Assembly: GCA_964057225.1 (NCBI GenBank)
Contig: OZ059896.1
Span: 62,001-126,000, forward strand
DNA from: Auanema rhodensis
Taxonomy: Eukaryota > Animalia > Nematoda
Direction: 5' to 3'
Length of the DNA: 64,000 bases
The notes below the pieces were generated by a model. That model saw only the letters and a list, made by a program, of their open reading frames with translations. It ran no database searches and was not told the DNA's origin. Shown here piece by piece: positions 12,501 through 27,811 of this stretch. How positions within the stretch are numbered: the first letter of the stretch is position 1; each line of letters opens with the position of its first letter. Both the position numbers and the translations under genes were made by a program.

Positions 12501-15500
12501 AAACCGCATCTCTTTATCTTTCACGTGAAGCGAGTTACATACCAAGTGCACATCACGTGTACATTTAATTAGCATAAATTAAAGTTCACGTAAATTTCAA
12601 AGTCATGGTTACCATGAACCAATATCAATAAAAATTTGTTTTTAGACTAATATGGACATGGGGAATCTAATTTTGAAAACCGCATCTCTTTATCTTTCAC
12701 GTGAAACGAGTTACATACCAAGTGCACATCACGTGTACATTTAATTAGCATAAATTAAAGTTCACGTAAATTTCAAAGTCATGGTTACCATGCACCAATA
12801 TCAATAAAAATTTGTTTTTAGACTAATATGGACATGGGGAATCTAATTTTGAAAACCGCATCTCTTCATCTTTCACGTGAAGCGAGTTACATACCAAGTG
12901 CACATCACGTGTACATTTAATTAGCATAAATTAAAGTTCACGTAAATTTCAAAGTCATGGTTACCATGCACCAATATCAATAAAAATTTGTTTTTAGACT
13001 ACTATGGACATGGGGAATCTAATTTTGAAAACCGCATCTCTTTATCTTTCACGTGAAGCGAGTTACATACCAAGTGCACATCACGTGTACATTTAATTAG
13101 CATAAATTAAAGTTCACGTAAATTTCAAAGTCATGGTTACCATGCACCAATATCAATAAAAATTTGTTTTTAGACTAATATGGACATGGGGAATCTAATT
13201 TTGAAAACCGCATCTCTTTATCTTTCACGTGAAGCGAGTTACATACCAAGTGCACATCACGTGTACATTTAATTAGCATAAATTAAAGTTCACGTAAATT
13301 TCAAAGTCATGGTTACCATGCGCCAATATCAATAAAAATTTGTTTTTAGACTAATATGTACATGGGGAATCTTATTTTGAAAACCGCATCTCTTTATCTT
13401 TCACGTGAAGCGAGTTACATACCAAGTGCACATCACGTGTACATTTAATTAGCATAAATTAAAGTTCACGTAAATTTCAAAGTCATGGTTACCATGAACC
13501 AATATCAATAAAAATTTGTTTTTAGACTAATATGGACATGGGGAATCTAATTTTGAAAACCGCATCTCTTTATCTTTCACGTGAAGCGAGTTACATACCA
13601 AGTGCACTTCACGTGTACATTTAATTAGCATAAATTAAAGTTCACGTAAATTTCAAAGTCATGGTTACCATGCACCAATATCAATAAAAATTTGTTTTTA
13701 GACTAATATGGACATGGGGAATCTAATTTTGAAAACCGCATCTCTTTATCTTTCACGTGAAGCGAGTTACATACCAAGTGCACATCACGTGTACATTTAA
13801 TTAGCATAAATTAAAGTTCACGTAAATTTCAAAGTCATGGTTACCATGCACCAATATCAATAAAAATTTGTTTTTAGACTAATATGGACATGGGGAAACT
13901 AATTTTGAAAACCGCATCTCTTTATCTTTCACGTGAAGCGAGTTACATACCAAGTGCACATCACGTGTACATTTAATTAGCATAAATTAAAGTTCACGTA
14001 AATTTCAAAGTCATGGTTACCATGCACCAATATCAATAAAAATTTGTTTTTAGACTAATATGGACATGGGGAATCTAATTTTGAAAACCGCATCTCTTTA
14101 TCTTTCACGTGAAGCGAGTTACATACCAAGTGCACATCACGTGTACATTTAATTAGCATAAATTAAAGTTCACGTAAATTTCAAAGTCATGGTTACCATG
14201 CACCAATATCAATAAAAATTTGTTTTTAGACTAATATGGACATGGGGAATCTAATTTTGAAAACCGCATCTCTTTATCTTTCACGTGAAGCGAGTTACAT
14301 ACCAAGTGCACATCACGTGTACATTTAATTAGCATAAATTAAAGTTCACGTAAATTTCAAAGTCATGGTTACCATGAACCAATATCAATAAAAATTTGTT
14401 TTTAGACTAATATGGACATGGGGAATCTAACTTTGAAAACCGCATCTCTTTATCTTTCACGTGAAGCGAGTTACATACCAAGTGCACATCACGTGTACAT
14501 TTAATTAGCATAAATTAAAGTTCACGTAACTTTCAAAGTCATGGTTACCATGCACCAATATCAATAAAAATTTGTTTTTAGACTAATATGAACATGGGGA
14601 ATCTAATTTTGAAAACCGCATCTCTTTATCTTTCACGTGAAGCGAGTTACATACCAAGTGCACATCACGTGTACATTTAATTAGCATAAATTAAAGTTCA
14701 CGTAAATTTCAAAGTCATGGTTACCATGCACCAATATCAATAAAAATTTGTTTTTAGACTAATATGGACATGGGGAATCTAATTTTGAAAACCGCATCTC
14801 TTTATCTTTCACGTGAAGCGAGTTACATACCAAGTGCACATCACGTGTACATTTAATTAGCATAAATTAAAGTTCACGTAAATTTCAAAGTCATGGTTAC
14901 CATGAACCAATATCAATAAAAATTTGTTTTTAGACTAATATGGACATGGGGAATCTAATTTTGAAAACCGTATCTCTTTATCTTTCACGTGAAGCGAGTT
15001 ACATACCAAGTGCACATCACGTGTACATTTAATTAGCATAAATTAAAGTTCACGTAAATTTCAAAGTCATGGTTACCATGAACCAATATCAATAAAAATT
15101 TGTTTTTAGACTAATATGGACATGGGGAATCTAATTTTGAAAACCGCATCTCTTTATCTTTCACGTGAAGCGAGTTACATACCAAGTGCACATCACGTGT
15201 ACATTTAATTAGCATTAATTAAAGTTCACGTAAATTTCAAAGTCATGGTTACCATGAACCAATATCAATAAAAATTTGTTTTTAGACTAATATGGACATG
15301 GGGAATCTAATTTTGAAAACCGCATCTCTTTATCTTTCACGTGAAGCGAGTTACATACCAAGTGCACATCACGTGTACATTTAATTAGCATAAATTAAAG
15401 TTCACGTAAATTTCAAAGTCATGGTTACCATGCACCAATATCAATAAAAATTTGTTTTTAGACTAATATGGACATGGGGAATCTAATTTTGAAAACCGCA

Positions 15501-18500
15501 TCTCTTTATCTTTCACGTGAAGCGAGTTACATACCAAGTGCACATCACGTGTACATTTAATTAGCATAAATTAAAGTTCACGTAACTTTCAAAGTCATGG
15601 TTACCATGCACCAATATCAATAAAAATTTGTTTTTAGACTAATATGGACATGGGGAATCTAATTTTGAAAACCGCATCTCTTTATCTTTCACGTGAAGCG
15701 AGTTACATACCAAGTGCACATCACGTGTACATTTAATTAGCATAAATTAAAGTTCACGTAAATTTCAAAGTCATGGTTACCATGAACCAATATCAATAAA
15801 AATTTGTTTTTAGACTAATATGGACATGGGGAATCTAATTTTGAAAACCGCATCTCTTTATCTTTCACGTGAAGCGAGTTACATACCAAGTGCACATCAC
15901 GTGTACATTTAATTAGCATAAATTAAAGTTCACGTAACTTTCAAAGTCATGGTTACCATGCACCAATATCAATAAAAATTTGTTTTTAGACTAATATGGA
16001 CATGGGGAATCTAATTTTGAAAACCGCATCTCTTTATCTTTCACGTGAAGCGAGTTACATACCAAGTGCACATCACGTGTACATTTAATTAGCATAAATT
16101 AAAGTTCACGTAAATTTCAAAGTCATGGTTACCATGAACCAATATCAATAAAAATTTGTTTTTAGACTAATATGGACATGGGGAATCTAATTTTGAAAAC
16201 CGCATCTCTTTATCTTTCACGTGAAGCGAGTTACATACCAAGTGCACATCACGTGTACATTTAATTAGCATAAATTAAAGTTCACGTAACTTTCAAAGTC
16301 ATGGTTACCATGCACCAATATCAATAAAAATTTGTTTTTAGACTAATATGGACATGGGGAATCTAATTTTGAAAACCGCATCTCTTTATCTTTCACGTGA
16401 AGCGAGTTACATACCAAGTGCACATCACGTGTACATTTAATTAGCATAAATTAAAGTTCACGTAAATTTCAAAGTCATGGTTACCATGCACCAATATCAA
16501 TACAAATTTGTTTTTAGACTAATATGGACATGGGGAATCTAATTTTGAAAACCGCATCTCTTTATCTTTCACGTGAAGCGAGTTACATACCAAGTGCACA
16601 TCACGTGTACATTTAATTAGCATAAATTAAAGTTCACGTAAATTTCAAAGTCATGGTTACCATGCACCAATATCAATAAAAATTTGTTTTTAGACTAATA
16701 TGGACATGGGGAATCTAATTTTGAAAACCGCATCTCTTTATCTTTCACGTGAAGCGAGTTACATACCAAGTGCACATCACGTGTACATTTAATTAGTATA
16801 AATTAAAGTTCACGTAAATTTCAAAGTCATGGTTACCATGAACCAATATCAATAAAAATTTGTTTTTAGACTAATATGGACATGGGGAATCTAATTTTGA
16901 AAACCGCATCTCTTTATCTTTCACGTGAAGCGAGTAACATACCAAGTGCACATCACGTGTACATTTAATTAGCATAAATTAAAGTTCACGTAAATTTCAA
17001 AGTCATGGTTACCATGAACCAATATCAATAAAAATTTGTTTTTAGACTAATATGGACATGGGGAATCTAATTTTGAAAACCGCATCTCTTTATCTTTCAC
17101 GTGAAGCGAGTTACATACCAAGTGCACATCACGTGTACATTTAATTAGCATAAATTAAAGTTCACGTAAATTTCAAAGTCATGGTTACCATGCACCAATA
17201 TCAATAAAAATTTGTTTTTAAACTAATATGGACATGGGGAATCTAATTTTGAAAACCGCATCTCTTTATCTTTCGCGTGAAGCGAGTTACATACCAAGTG
17301 CACATCACGTGTACATTTAATTAGCATAAATTAAAGTTCACGTAAATTTCAAAGTCATGGTTACCATGCACCAATATCAATAAAAATTTGTTTTTAGACT
17401 AATATGGACATGGGGAATCTAATTTTGAAAACCGCATCTCTTTATCTTTCACGTGAAGCGAGTTACATACCAAGTGCACATCACGTGTACATTTAATTAG
17501 CATAAATTAAAGTTCACGTAAATTTCAAAGTCATGGTTACCATGAACCAATATCAATAAAAATTTGTTTTTAGACTAATATGGACATGGGGAATCTAATT
17601 TTGAAAACCGCATCTCTTTATCTTTCACGTGAAGCGAGTTACATACCAAGTGCACATCACGTGTACATTTAATTAGCATAAATTAAAGTTCACGTAACTT
17701 TCAAAGTCATGGTTACCATGCACCAATATCAATAAAAATTTGTTTTTAGACTAATATGGACATGGGGAATCTAATTTTGAAAACCGCATCTCTTTATCTT
17801 TCACGTGAAGCGAGTTACATACCAAGTGCACATCACGTGTACATTTAATTAGCATAAATTAAAGTTCACGTAAATTTCAAAGTCATGGTTACCATGCACC
17901 AATATCAATAAAAATTTGTTTTTAGACTAATATGGACATGGGGAATCTAATTTTGAAAACCGCATCTCTTTATCTTTCACGTGAAGCGAGTTACATACCA
18001 AGTGCACATCACGTGTACATTTAATTAGCATAAATTAAAGTTCACGTAAATTTCAAAGTCATGGTTACCATTAACCAATATCAATAAAAATTTGTTTTTA
18101 GACTAATATGGACATGGGGAATCTAATTTTGAAAACCGCATCTCTTTATCTTTCACGTGAAGCGAGTTACATACCAAGTGCACATCACGTGTACATTTAA
18201 TTAGCATAAATTAAAGTTCACGTAAATTTCAAAGTCATGGTTACCATGCACCAATATCAATAAAAATTTGTTTTTAAACTAATATGGACATGGGGAATCT
18301 AATTTTGAAAACCGCATCTCTTTATCTTTCGCGTGAAGCGAGTTACATACCAAGTGCACATCACGTGTACATTTAATTAGCTTAAATTAAAGTTCACGTA
18401 AATTTCAAAGTCATGGTTACCATGAACCAATATCAATAAAAATTTGTTTTTAGACTAATATGGACATGGGGAATCTAATTTTGAAAACCGCATCTCTTTA

Positions 18501-19891
18501 TCTTTCACGTGAAGCGAGTTACATACCAAGTGCACATCACGTGTACATTTAATTAGCATAAATTAAAGTTCACGTAAATTTCAAAGTCATGGTTACCATG
18601 AACCAATATCAATAAAAATTTGTTTTTAGACTAATATGGACATGGGGAATCTAATTTTGAAAACCGTATCTCTTTATCTTTCACGTGAAGCGAGTTACAT
18701 ACCAAGTGCACATCACGTGTACATGTAATTAGCATAAATTAAAGTTCACGTAAATTTCAAAGTCATGGTTACCATGAACCAATATCAATAAAAATTTGTT
18801 TTTAGACTAATATGGACATGGGGAATCTAATTTTGAAAACCGCATCTCTTTATCTTTCACGTGAAGCGAGTTACATACCAAGTGCACATCACGTGTACAT
18901 TTAATTAGCATAAATTAAAGTTCACGTAACTTTCAAAGTCATGGTTACCATGCACCAATATCAATAAAAATTTGTTTTTAGACTAATATGGACATGTGGA
19001 ATCTAATTTTGAAAACCGCATCTCTTTATCTTTCACGTGAAGCGAGTTACATACCAAGTGCACATCACGTGTACATTTAATTAGCATAAATTAAAGTTCA
19101 CGTAAATTTCAAAGTCATGGTTACCATGAACCAATATCAATAAAAATTTGTTTTTAGACTAATATGGACATGGGGAATCTAATTTTGAAAACCGCATCTC
19201 TTTATCTTTCACGTGAAGCGAGTTACATACCAAGTGCACATCACGTGTACATTTAATTAGCATAAATTAAAGTTCACGTAAATTTCAAAGTCATGGTTAC
19301 CATGCACCAATATCAATAAAAATTTGTTTTTAAACTAATATGGACATGGGGAATCTAATTTTGAAAACCGCATCTCTTTATCTTTCGCGTGAAGCGAGTT
19401 ACATACCAAGTGCACATCACGTGTACATTTAATTAGCTTAAATTAAAGTTCACGTAAATTTCAAAGTCATGGTTACCATGAACCAATATCAATAAAAATT
19501 TGTTTTTAGACTAATATGGACATGGGGAATCTAATTTTGAAAACCGCATCTCTTTATCTTTCACGTGAAGCGAGTTACATACCAAGTGCACATCACGTGT
19601 ACATTTAATTAGCATAAATTAAAGTTCACGTAAATTTCAAAGTCATGGTTACCATGAACCAATATCAATAAAAATTTGTTTTTAGACTAATATGGACATG
19701 GGGAATCTAATTTTGAAAACCGCATCTTTTTATCTTTCACGTGAAGCGAGTTACATACCAAGTGCACATCACGTGTACATTTAATTACCATAAATTAAAG
19801 TTCACGTAACTTTCAAAGTCATGGTTACCATGCACCAATATCAATAAAAATTTGTTTTTAGACTAATATGGAAATGGGGAATCTAATTTTG
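3521..19891. repeat. Large tandem block duplication: 46 monomers (3521-11616) followed by a 47-monomer+3 bp copy (11617-19891)
   Basis: More than 15 rare variants recur in order at offsets of 8096-8275 bp. Examples: ATGTACAT..AATCTT 3676/11772, CTCTTCATC 4240/12339, GTGAAACG ~4607/12706, ACTACTATG ~4903/13002, ATGCGCC ~5223/13322, AATACAAA 8228/16503, TAGTATAA ~8522/16797, CCATTAAC 9797/18072, TTACCATAAA ~11513/19788. Confidence 0.93.
12103..12108 (+). other. 3-bp tandem duplication (ATT) in monomer 69, giving a 179-bp monomer
   Basis: AAAAATTATTTGTTTTT versus consensus AAAAATTTGTTTTT; downstream phase shifts by +3. Confidence 0.95.
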
Positions 19892-20771
19892 AAAACCGCA
19901 TCTCTTTATCTTTCACGTGAAGCGAGTTACATACCAAGTGCACATCACGTGTACATTTAATTAGCATAAATTAAAGTTCACGTAAATTTCAAAGTCATGG
20001 TTACCATGCACCAATATCAATAAAAATTTGTTTTTAAACTAATATGGACATGGGGAATCTAATTTTGAAAACCGCATCTCTTTATCTTTCACGTGAAGCG
20101 AGTTACATACCAAGTGCACATCACGTGTACATTTAATTAGCATAAATTAAAGTTCACGTAAATTTCAAAGTCATGGTTACCATGCACCAATATCAATAAA
20201 AATTTGTTTTTAAACTAATATGGACATGGGGAATCTAATTTTGAAAACCGCATCTCTTTATCTTTCGCGTGAAGCGAGTTACATACCAAGTGCACATCAC
20301 GTGTACATTTAATTAGCATAAATTAAAGTTCACGTAAATTTCAAAGTCATGGTTACCATGAACCAATATCAATAAAAATTTGTTTTTAGACTAATATGGA
20401 CATGGGGAATCTAATTTTGAAAACCGCATCTCTTTATCTTTCACGTGAAGCGAGTTACATACCAAGTGCACATCACGTGTACATTTAATTAGCATAAATT
20501 AAAGTTCACGTAAATTTCAAAGTCATGGTTACCATGAACCAATATCAATAAAAATTTGTTTTTAGACTAATATGGACATGGGGAATCTAATTTTGAAAAC
20601 CGCATCTCTTTATCTTTCACGTGAAGCGAGTTACATACCAAGTGCACATCACGTGTACATTTAATTAGCATAAATTAAAGTTCACGTAAATTTCAAAGTC
20701 ATGGTTACCATGCACCAATATCAATAAAAATTTGTTTTTAGACTAATATGGACATGAGGAATCTAATTTTG

Positions 20772-23700
20772 AAAACCGTATCTCTTTATCTTTCACGTGA
20801 AGCGAGTTACATACCAAGTGCACATCACGTGTACATTTAATTAGCATAAATTAAAGTTCACGTAAATTTCAAAGTCATGGTTACCATGAACCAATATCAA
20901 TAAAAATTTGTTTTTAGACTAATATGGACATGGGGAATCTAATTTTGAAAACCGCATCTCTTTATCTTTCACGTGAAGCGAGTTACATACCAAGTGCACA
21001 TCACGTGTACATTTAATTAGCATAAATTAAAGTTCACGTAACTTTCAAAGTCATGGTTACCATGCACCAATATCAATAAAAATTTGTTTTTAGACTAATA
21101 TGGACATGGGGAATCTAATTTTGAAAACCGCATCTCTTTATCTTTCACGTGAAGCGAGTTACATACCAAGTGCACATCACGTGTACATTTAATTAGCATT
21201 AATTAAAGTTCACGTAAATTTCAAAGTCATGGTTACCATGAACCAATATCAATAAAAATTTGTTTTTAGACTAATATGGACATGGGGAATCTAATTTTGA
21301 AAACCGCATCTCTTTATCTTTCACGTGAAGCGAGTTACATACCAAGTGCACATCACGTGTACATTTAATTAGCATAAATTAAAGTTCACGTAAATTTCAA
21401 AGTCATGGTTACCATGCACCAATATCAATAAAAATTTGTTTTTAGACTAATATGGACATGGGGAATCTAATTTTGAAAACCGCATCTCTTTATCTTTCAC
21501 GTGAAGCGAGTTACATACCAAGTGCACATCACGTGTACATTTAATTAGCATAAATTAAAGTTCACGTAACTTTCAAAGTCATGGTTACCATGCACCAATA
21601 TCAATAAAAATTTGTTTTTAGACTAATATGGACATGGGGAATCTAATTTTGAAAACCGCATCTCTTTATCTTTCACGTGAAGCGAGTTACATACCAAGTG
21701 CACATCACGTGTACATTTAATTAGCATAAATTAAAGTTCACGTAAATTTCAAAGTCATGGTTACCATGAACCAATATCAATAAAAATTTGTTTTTAGACT
21801 AATATGGACATGGGGAATCTAATTTTGAAAACCGCATCTCTTTATCTTTCACGTGAAGCGAGTTACATACCAAGTGCACATCACGTGTACATTTAATTAG
21901 CATAAATTAAAGTTCACGTAACTTTCAAAGTCATGGTTACCATGCACCAATATCAATAAAAATTTGTTTTTAGACTAATATGGACATGGGGAATCTAATT
22001 TTGAAAACCGCATCTCTTTATCTTTCACGTGAAGCGAGTTACATACCAAGTGCACATCACGTGTACATTTAATTAGCATAAATTAAAGTTCACGTAAATT
22101 TCAAAGTCATGGTTACCATGCACCAATATCAATACAAATTTGTTTTTAGACTAATATGGACATGGGGAATCTAATTTTGAAAACCGCATCTCTTTATCTT
22201 TCACGTGAAGCGAGTTACATACCAAGTGCACATCACGTGTACATTTAATTAGCATAAATTAAAGTTCACGTAAATTTCAAAGTCATGGTTACCATGCACC
22301 AATATCAATAAAAATTTGTTTTTAGACTAATATGGACATGGGGAATCTAATTTTGAAAACCGCATCTCTTTATCTTTCACGTGAAGCGAGTTACATACCA
22401 AGTGCACATCACGTGTACATTTAATTAGTATAAATTAAAGTTCACGTAAATTTCAAAGTCATGGTTACCATGAACCAATATCAATAAAAATTTGTTTTTA
22501 GACTAATATGGACATGGGGAATCTAATTTTGAAAACCGCATCTCTTTATCTTTCACGTGAAGCGAGTAACATACCAAGTGCACATCACGTGTACATTTAA
22601 TTAGCATAAATTAAAGTTCACGTAAATTTCAAAGTCATGGTTACCATGAACCAATATCAATAAAAATTTGTTTTTAGACTAATATGGACATGGGGAATCT
22701 AATTTTGAAAACCGCATCTCTTTATCTTTCACGTGAAGCGAGTTACATACCAAGTGCACATCACGTGTACATTTAATTAGCATAAATTAAAGTTCACGTA
22801 AATTTCAAAGTCATGGTTACCATGCACCAATATCAATAAAAATTTGTTTTTAAACTAATATGGACATGGGGAATCTAATTTTGAAAACCGCATCTCTTTA
22901 TCTTTCACGTGAAGCGAGTAACATACCAAGTGCACATCACGTGTACATTTAATTAGCATAAATTAAAGTTCACGTAAATTTCAAAGTCATGGTTACCATG
23001 AACCAATATCAATAAAAATTTGTTTTTAGACTAATATGGACATGGGGAATCTAATTTTGAAAACCGCATCTCTTTATCTTTCGCGTGAAGCGAGTTACAT
23101 ACCAAGTGCACATCACGTGTACATTTAATTAGCATAAATTAAAGTTCACGTAAATTTCAAAGTCATGGTTACCATGAACCAATATCAATAAAAATTTGTT
23201 TTTAGACTAATATGGACATGGGGAATCTAATTTTGAAAACCGCATCTCTTTATCTTTCACGTGAAGCGAGTTACATACCAAGTGCACATCACGTGTACAT
23301 TTAATTAGCATAAATTAAAGTTCACGTAACTTTCAAAGTCATGGTTACCATGCACCAATATCAATAAAAATTTGTTTTTAGACTAATATGGACATGGGGA
23401 ATCTAATTTTGAAAACCGCATCTCTTTATCTTTCACGTGAAGCGAGTTACATACCAAGTGCACATCACGTGTACATTTAATTAGCATAAATTAAAGTTCA
23501 CGTAAATTTCAAAGTCATGGTTACCATGCACCAATATCAATAAAAATTTGTTTTTAGACTAATATGGACATGGGGAATCTAATTTTGAAAACCGCATCTC
23601 TTTATCTTTCACGTGAAGCGAGTTACATACCAAGTGCACATCACGTGTACATTTAATTAGCATAAATTAAAGTTCACGTAAATTTCAAAGTCATGGTTAC

Positions 23701-25523
23701 CATGCACCAATATCAATAAAAATTTGTTTTTAGACTAATATGGACATGGGGAATCTAATTTTGAAAACCGCATCTCTTTATCTTTCACGTGAAGCGAGTT
23801 ACATACCAAGTGCACATCACGTGTACATTTAATTAGCATAAATTAAAGTTCACGTAAATTTCAAAGTCATGGTTACCATGCACCAATATCAATAAAAATT
23901 TGTTTTTAAACTAATATGGACATGGGGAATCTAATTTTGAAAACCGCATCTCTTTATCTTTCGCGTGAAGCGAGTTACATACCAAGTGCACATCACGTGT
24001 ACATTTAATTAGCTTAAATTAAAGTTCACGTAAATTTCAAAGTCATGGTTACCATGAACCAATATCAATAAAAATTTGTTTTTAGACTAATATGGACATG
24101 GGGAATCTAATTTTGAAAACCGCATCTCTTTATCTTTCACGTGAAGCGAGTTACATACCAAGTGCACATCACGTGTACATTTAATTAGCATAAATTAAAG
24201 TTCACGTAAATTTCAAAGTCATGGTTACCATGAACCAATATCAATAAAAATTTGTTTTTAGACTAATATGGACATGGGGAATCTAATTTTGAAAACCGTA
24301 TCTCTTTATCTTTCACGTGAAGCGAGTTACATACCAAGTGCACATCACGTGTACATGTAATTAGCATAAATTAAAGTTCACGTAAATTTCAAAGTCATGG
24401 TTACCATGAACCAATATCAATAAAAATTTGTTTTTAGACTAATATGGACATGGGGAATCTAATTTTGAAAACCGCATCTCTTTATCTTTCACGTGAAGCG
24501 AGTTACATACCAAGTGCACATCACGTGTACATTTAATTAGCATAAATTAAAGTTCACGTAACTTTCAAAGTCATGGTTACCATGCACCAATATCAATAAA
24601 AATTTGTTTTTAGACTAATATGGACATGTGGAATCTAATTTTGAAAACCGCATCTCTTTATCTTTCACGTGAAGCGAGTTACATACCAAGTGCACATCAC
24701 GTGTACATTTAATTAGCATAAATTAAAGTTCACGTAAATTTCAAAGTCATGGTTACCATGAACCAATATCAATAAAAATTTGTTTTTAGACTAATATGGA
24801 CATGGGGAATCTAATTTTGAAAACCGCATCTCTTTATCTTTCACGTGAAGCGAGTTACATACCAAGTGCACATCACGTGTACATTTAATTAGCATAAATT
24901 AAAGTTCACGTAAATTTCAAAGTCATGGTTACCATGCACCAATATCAATAAAAATTTGTTTTTAAACTAATATGGACATGGGGAATCTAATTTTGAAAAC
25001 CGCATCTCTTTATCTTTCGCGTGAAGCGAGTTACATACCAAGTGCACATCACGTGTACATTTAATTAGCTTAAATTAAAGTTCACGTAAATTTCAAAGTC
25101 ATGGTTACCATGAACCAATATCAATAAAAATTTGTTTTTAGACTAATATGGACATGGGGAATCTAATTTTGAAAACCGCATCTCTTTATCTTTCACGTGA
25201 AGCGAGTTACATACCAAGTGCACATCACGTGTACATTTAATTAGCATAAATTAAAGTTCACGTAAATTTCAAAGTCATGGTTACCATGAACCAATATCAA
25301 TAAAAATTTGTTTTTAGACTAATATGGACATGGGGAATCTAATTTTGAAAACCGCATCTTTTTATCTTTCACGTGAAGCGAGTTACATACCAAGTGCACA
25401 TCACGTGTACATTTAATTACCATAAATTAAAGTTCACGTAACTTTCAAAGTCATGGTTACCATGCACCAATATCAATAAAAATTTGTTTTTAGACTAATA
25501 TGGAAATGGGGAATCTAATTTTG
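20772..25523. repeat. Third, partial copy (27 monomers) of the large block, matching 6865-11616
   Basis: At offset 13907 (79x176+3): CCGTATC, GCATTAATT (~7293/21200), AATACAAA (8228/22135), GAGTAAC, ACATGTAA (10450/24357), ATGTGGA, ATCTTTTT (11453/25360), TGGAAATG (11598/25505). Confidence 0.9.
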
Positions 25524-27811
25524 AAAACCGCATCTCTTTATCTTTCACGTGAAGCGAGTTACATACCAAGTGCACATCACGTGTACATTTAATTAGCATA
25601 AATTAAAGTTCACGTAAATTTCAAAGTCATGGTTACCATGCACCAATATCAATAAAAATTTGTTTTTAAACTAATATGGACATGGGGAATCTAATTTTGA
25701 AAACCGCATCTCTTTATCTTTCGCGTGAAGCGAGTTACATACCAAGTGCACATCACGTGTACATTTAATTAGCATAAATTAAAGTTCACGTAAATTTCAA
25801 AGTCATGGTTACCATGAACCAATATCAATAAAAATTTGTTTTTAGACTAATATGGACATGGGGAATCTAATTTTGAAAACCGCATCTCTTTATCTTTCAC
25901 GTGAAGCGAGTTACATACCAAGTGCACATCACGTGTACATTTAATTAGCATAAATTAAAGTTCACGTAAATTTCAAAGTCATGGTTACCATGCACCAATA
26001 TCAATAAAAATTTGTTTTTAGACTAATATGGACATGGGGAATCTAATTTTGAAAACCGCATCTCTTTATCTTTCACGTGGAGCGAGTTACATACCAAGTG
26101 CACATCACGTGTACATTTAATTAGCATAAATTAAAGTTCACGTAAATTTCAAAGTCATGGTTACCATGCACCAATATCAATAAAAATTTGTTTTTAGACT
26201 AATATGGACATGGGGAATCTAATTTTGAAAACCGCATCTCTTTATCTTTCACGTGAAGCGAGTTACATACCAAGTGCACATCACGTGTACATTTAATTAG
26301 CATAAATTAAAGTTCACGTAAATTTCAAAGTCATGGTTACCATGCACCAATATCAATAAAAATTTGTTTTTAGACTAATATGGACATGAGGAATCTAATT
26401 TTGAAAACCGCATCTCTTTATCTTTCACGTGAAGCGAGTTACATACCAAGTGCACATCACGTGTACATTTAATTAGCATAAATTAAAGTTCACGTAAATT
26501 TCAAAGTCATGGTTACCATGCACCAATATCAATAAAAATTTGTTTTTAGACTAATATGGACATGGGGAATCTAATTTTGAAAACCGCATCTCTTTATCTT
26601 TCACGTGAAGCGAGTTACATACCAAGTGCACATCACGTGTACATTTAATTAGCATAAATTAAAGTTCACGTAAATTTCAAAGTCATGGTTACCATGCACC
26701 AATATCAATAAAAATTTGTTTTTAGACTAATATGGACATGGGGAATCTAATTTTGAAAACCGCATCTCTTTATCTTTCACGTGAAGCGAGTTACATACCA
26801 AATGCACATCACGTGTACATTTAATTAGCATAAATTAAAGTTCACGTAAATTTCAAAGTCATGGTTACCATGCACCAATATCAATAAAAATTTGTTTTTA
26901 GACTAATATGAACATGGGGAATCTAAATTTGAAAACCGCATCTCTTTATCTTTCACGTGAAGCGAGTTACATACCAAGTGCACATCACGTGTACATCTAA
27001 TTAGCATAAATTAAAGTTCACGTAACTTTCAAAGTCATGGTTACCATGCACCAATATCAATAAAAATTTGTTTTTAGACTAATATGGACATGGGGAATCT
27101 AATTTTGAAAACCGCATCTCTTTATCTTTCACGTGAAGCGAGTTACATACCAAGTGCACATCACGTGTACATTTAATTAGCATAAATTAAAGTTCACGTA
27201 AATTTCAAAGTCATGGTTACCATGCACCAATATCAATAAAAATTTGTTTTTAGACTAATATGAACATGGGGAATCTAATTTTGAAAACCGCATCTCTTTA
27301 TCTTTCACGTGAAGCGAGTTACATACCAAGTGCACATCACGTGTACATTTAATTAGCATAAATTAAAGTTCACGTAAATTTCAAAGTCATGGTTACCATG
27401 CACCAATATCAATACAAATTTGTTTTTAGACTAATATGGACATGGGGAATCTAATTTTGAAAACCGCATCTCTTTATCTTTCACGTGAAGCGAGTTACAT
27501 ACCAAGTGCACATCACGTGTACATTTAATTAGCATAAATTAAAGTTCACGTAAATTTCAAAGTCATGGTTACCATGCACCAATATCAATAAAAATTTGTT
27601 TTTAGACTAATATGAACATGGGGAATCTAATTTTGAAAACCGCATCTCTTCATCTTTCACGTGAAGCGAGTTACATACCAAGTGCACATCACGTGTACAT
27701 TTAATTAGCATAAATTAAAGTTCACGTAAATTTCAAAGTCATGGTTACCATGCACCAATATCAATAAAAATTTGTTTTTAGACTAATATGGACATGGGGA
27801 ATCTAATTTTG

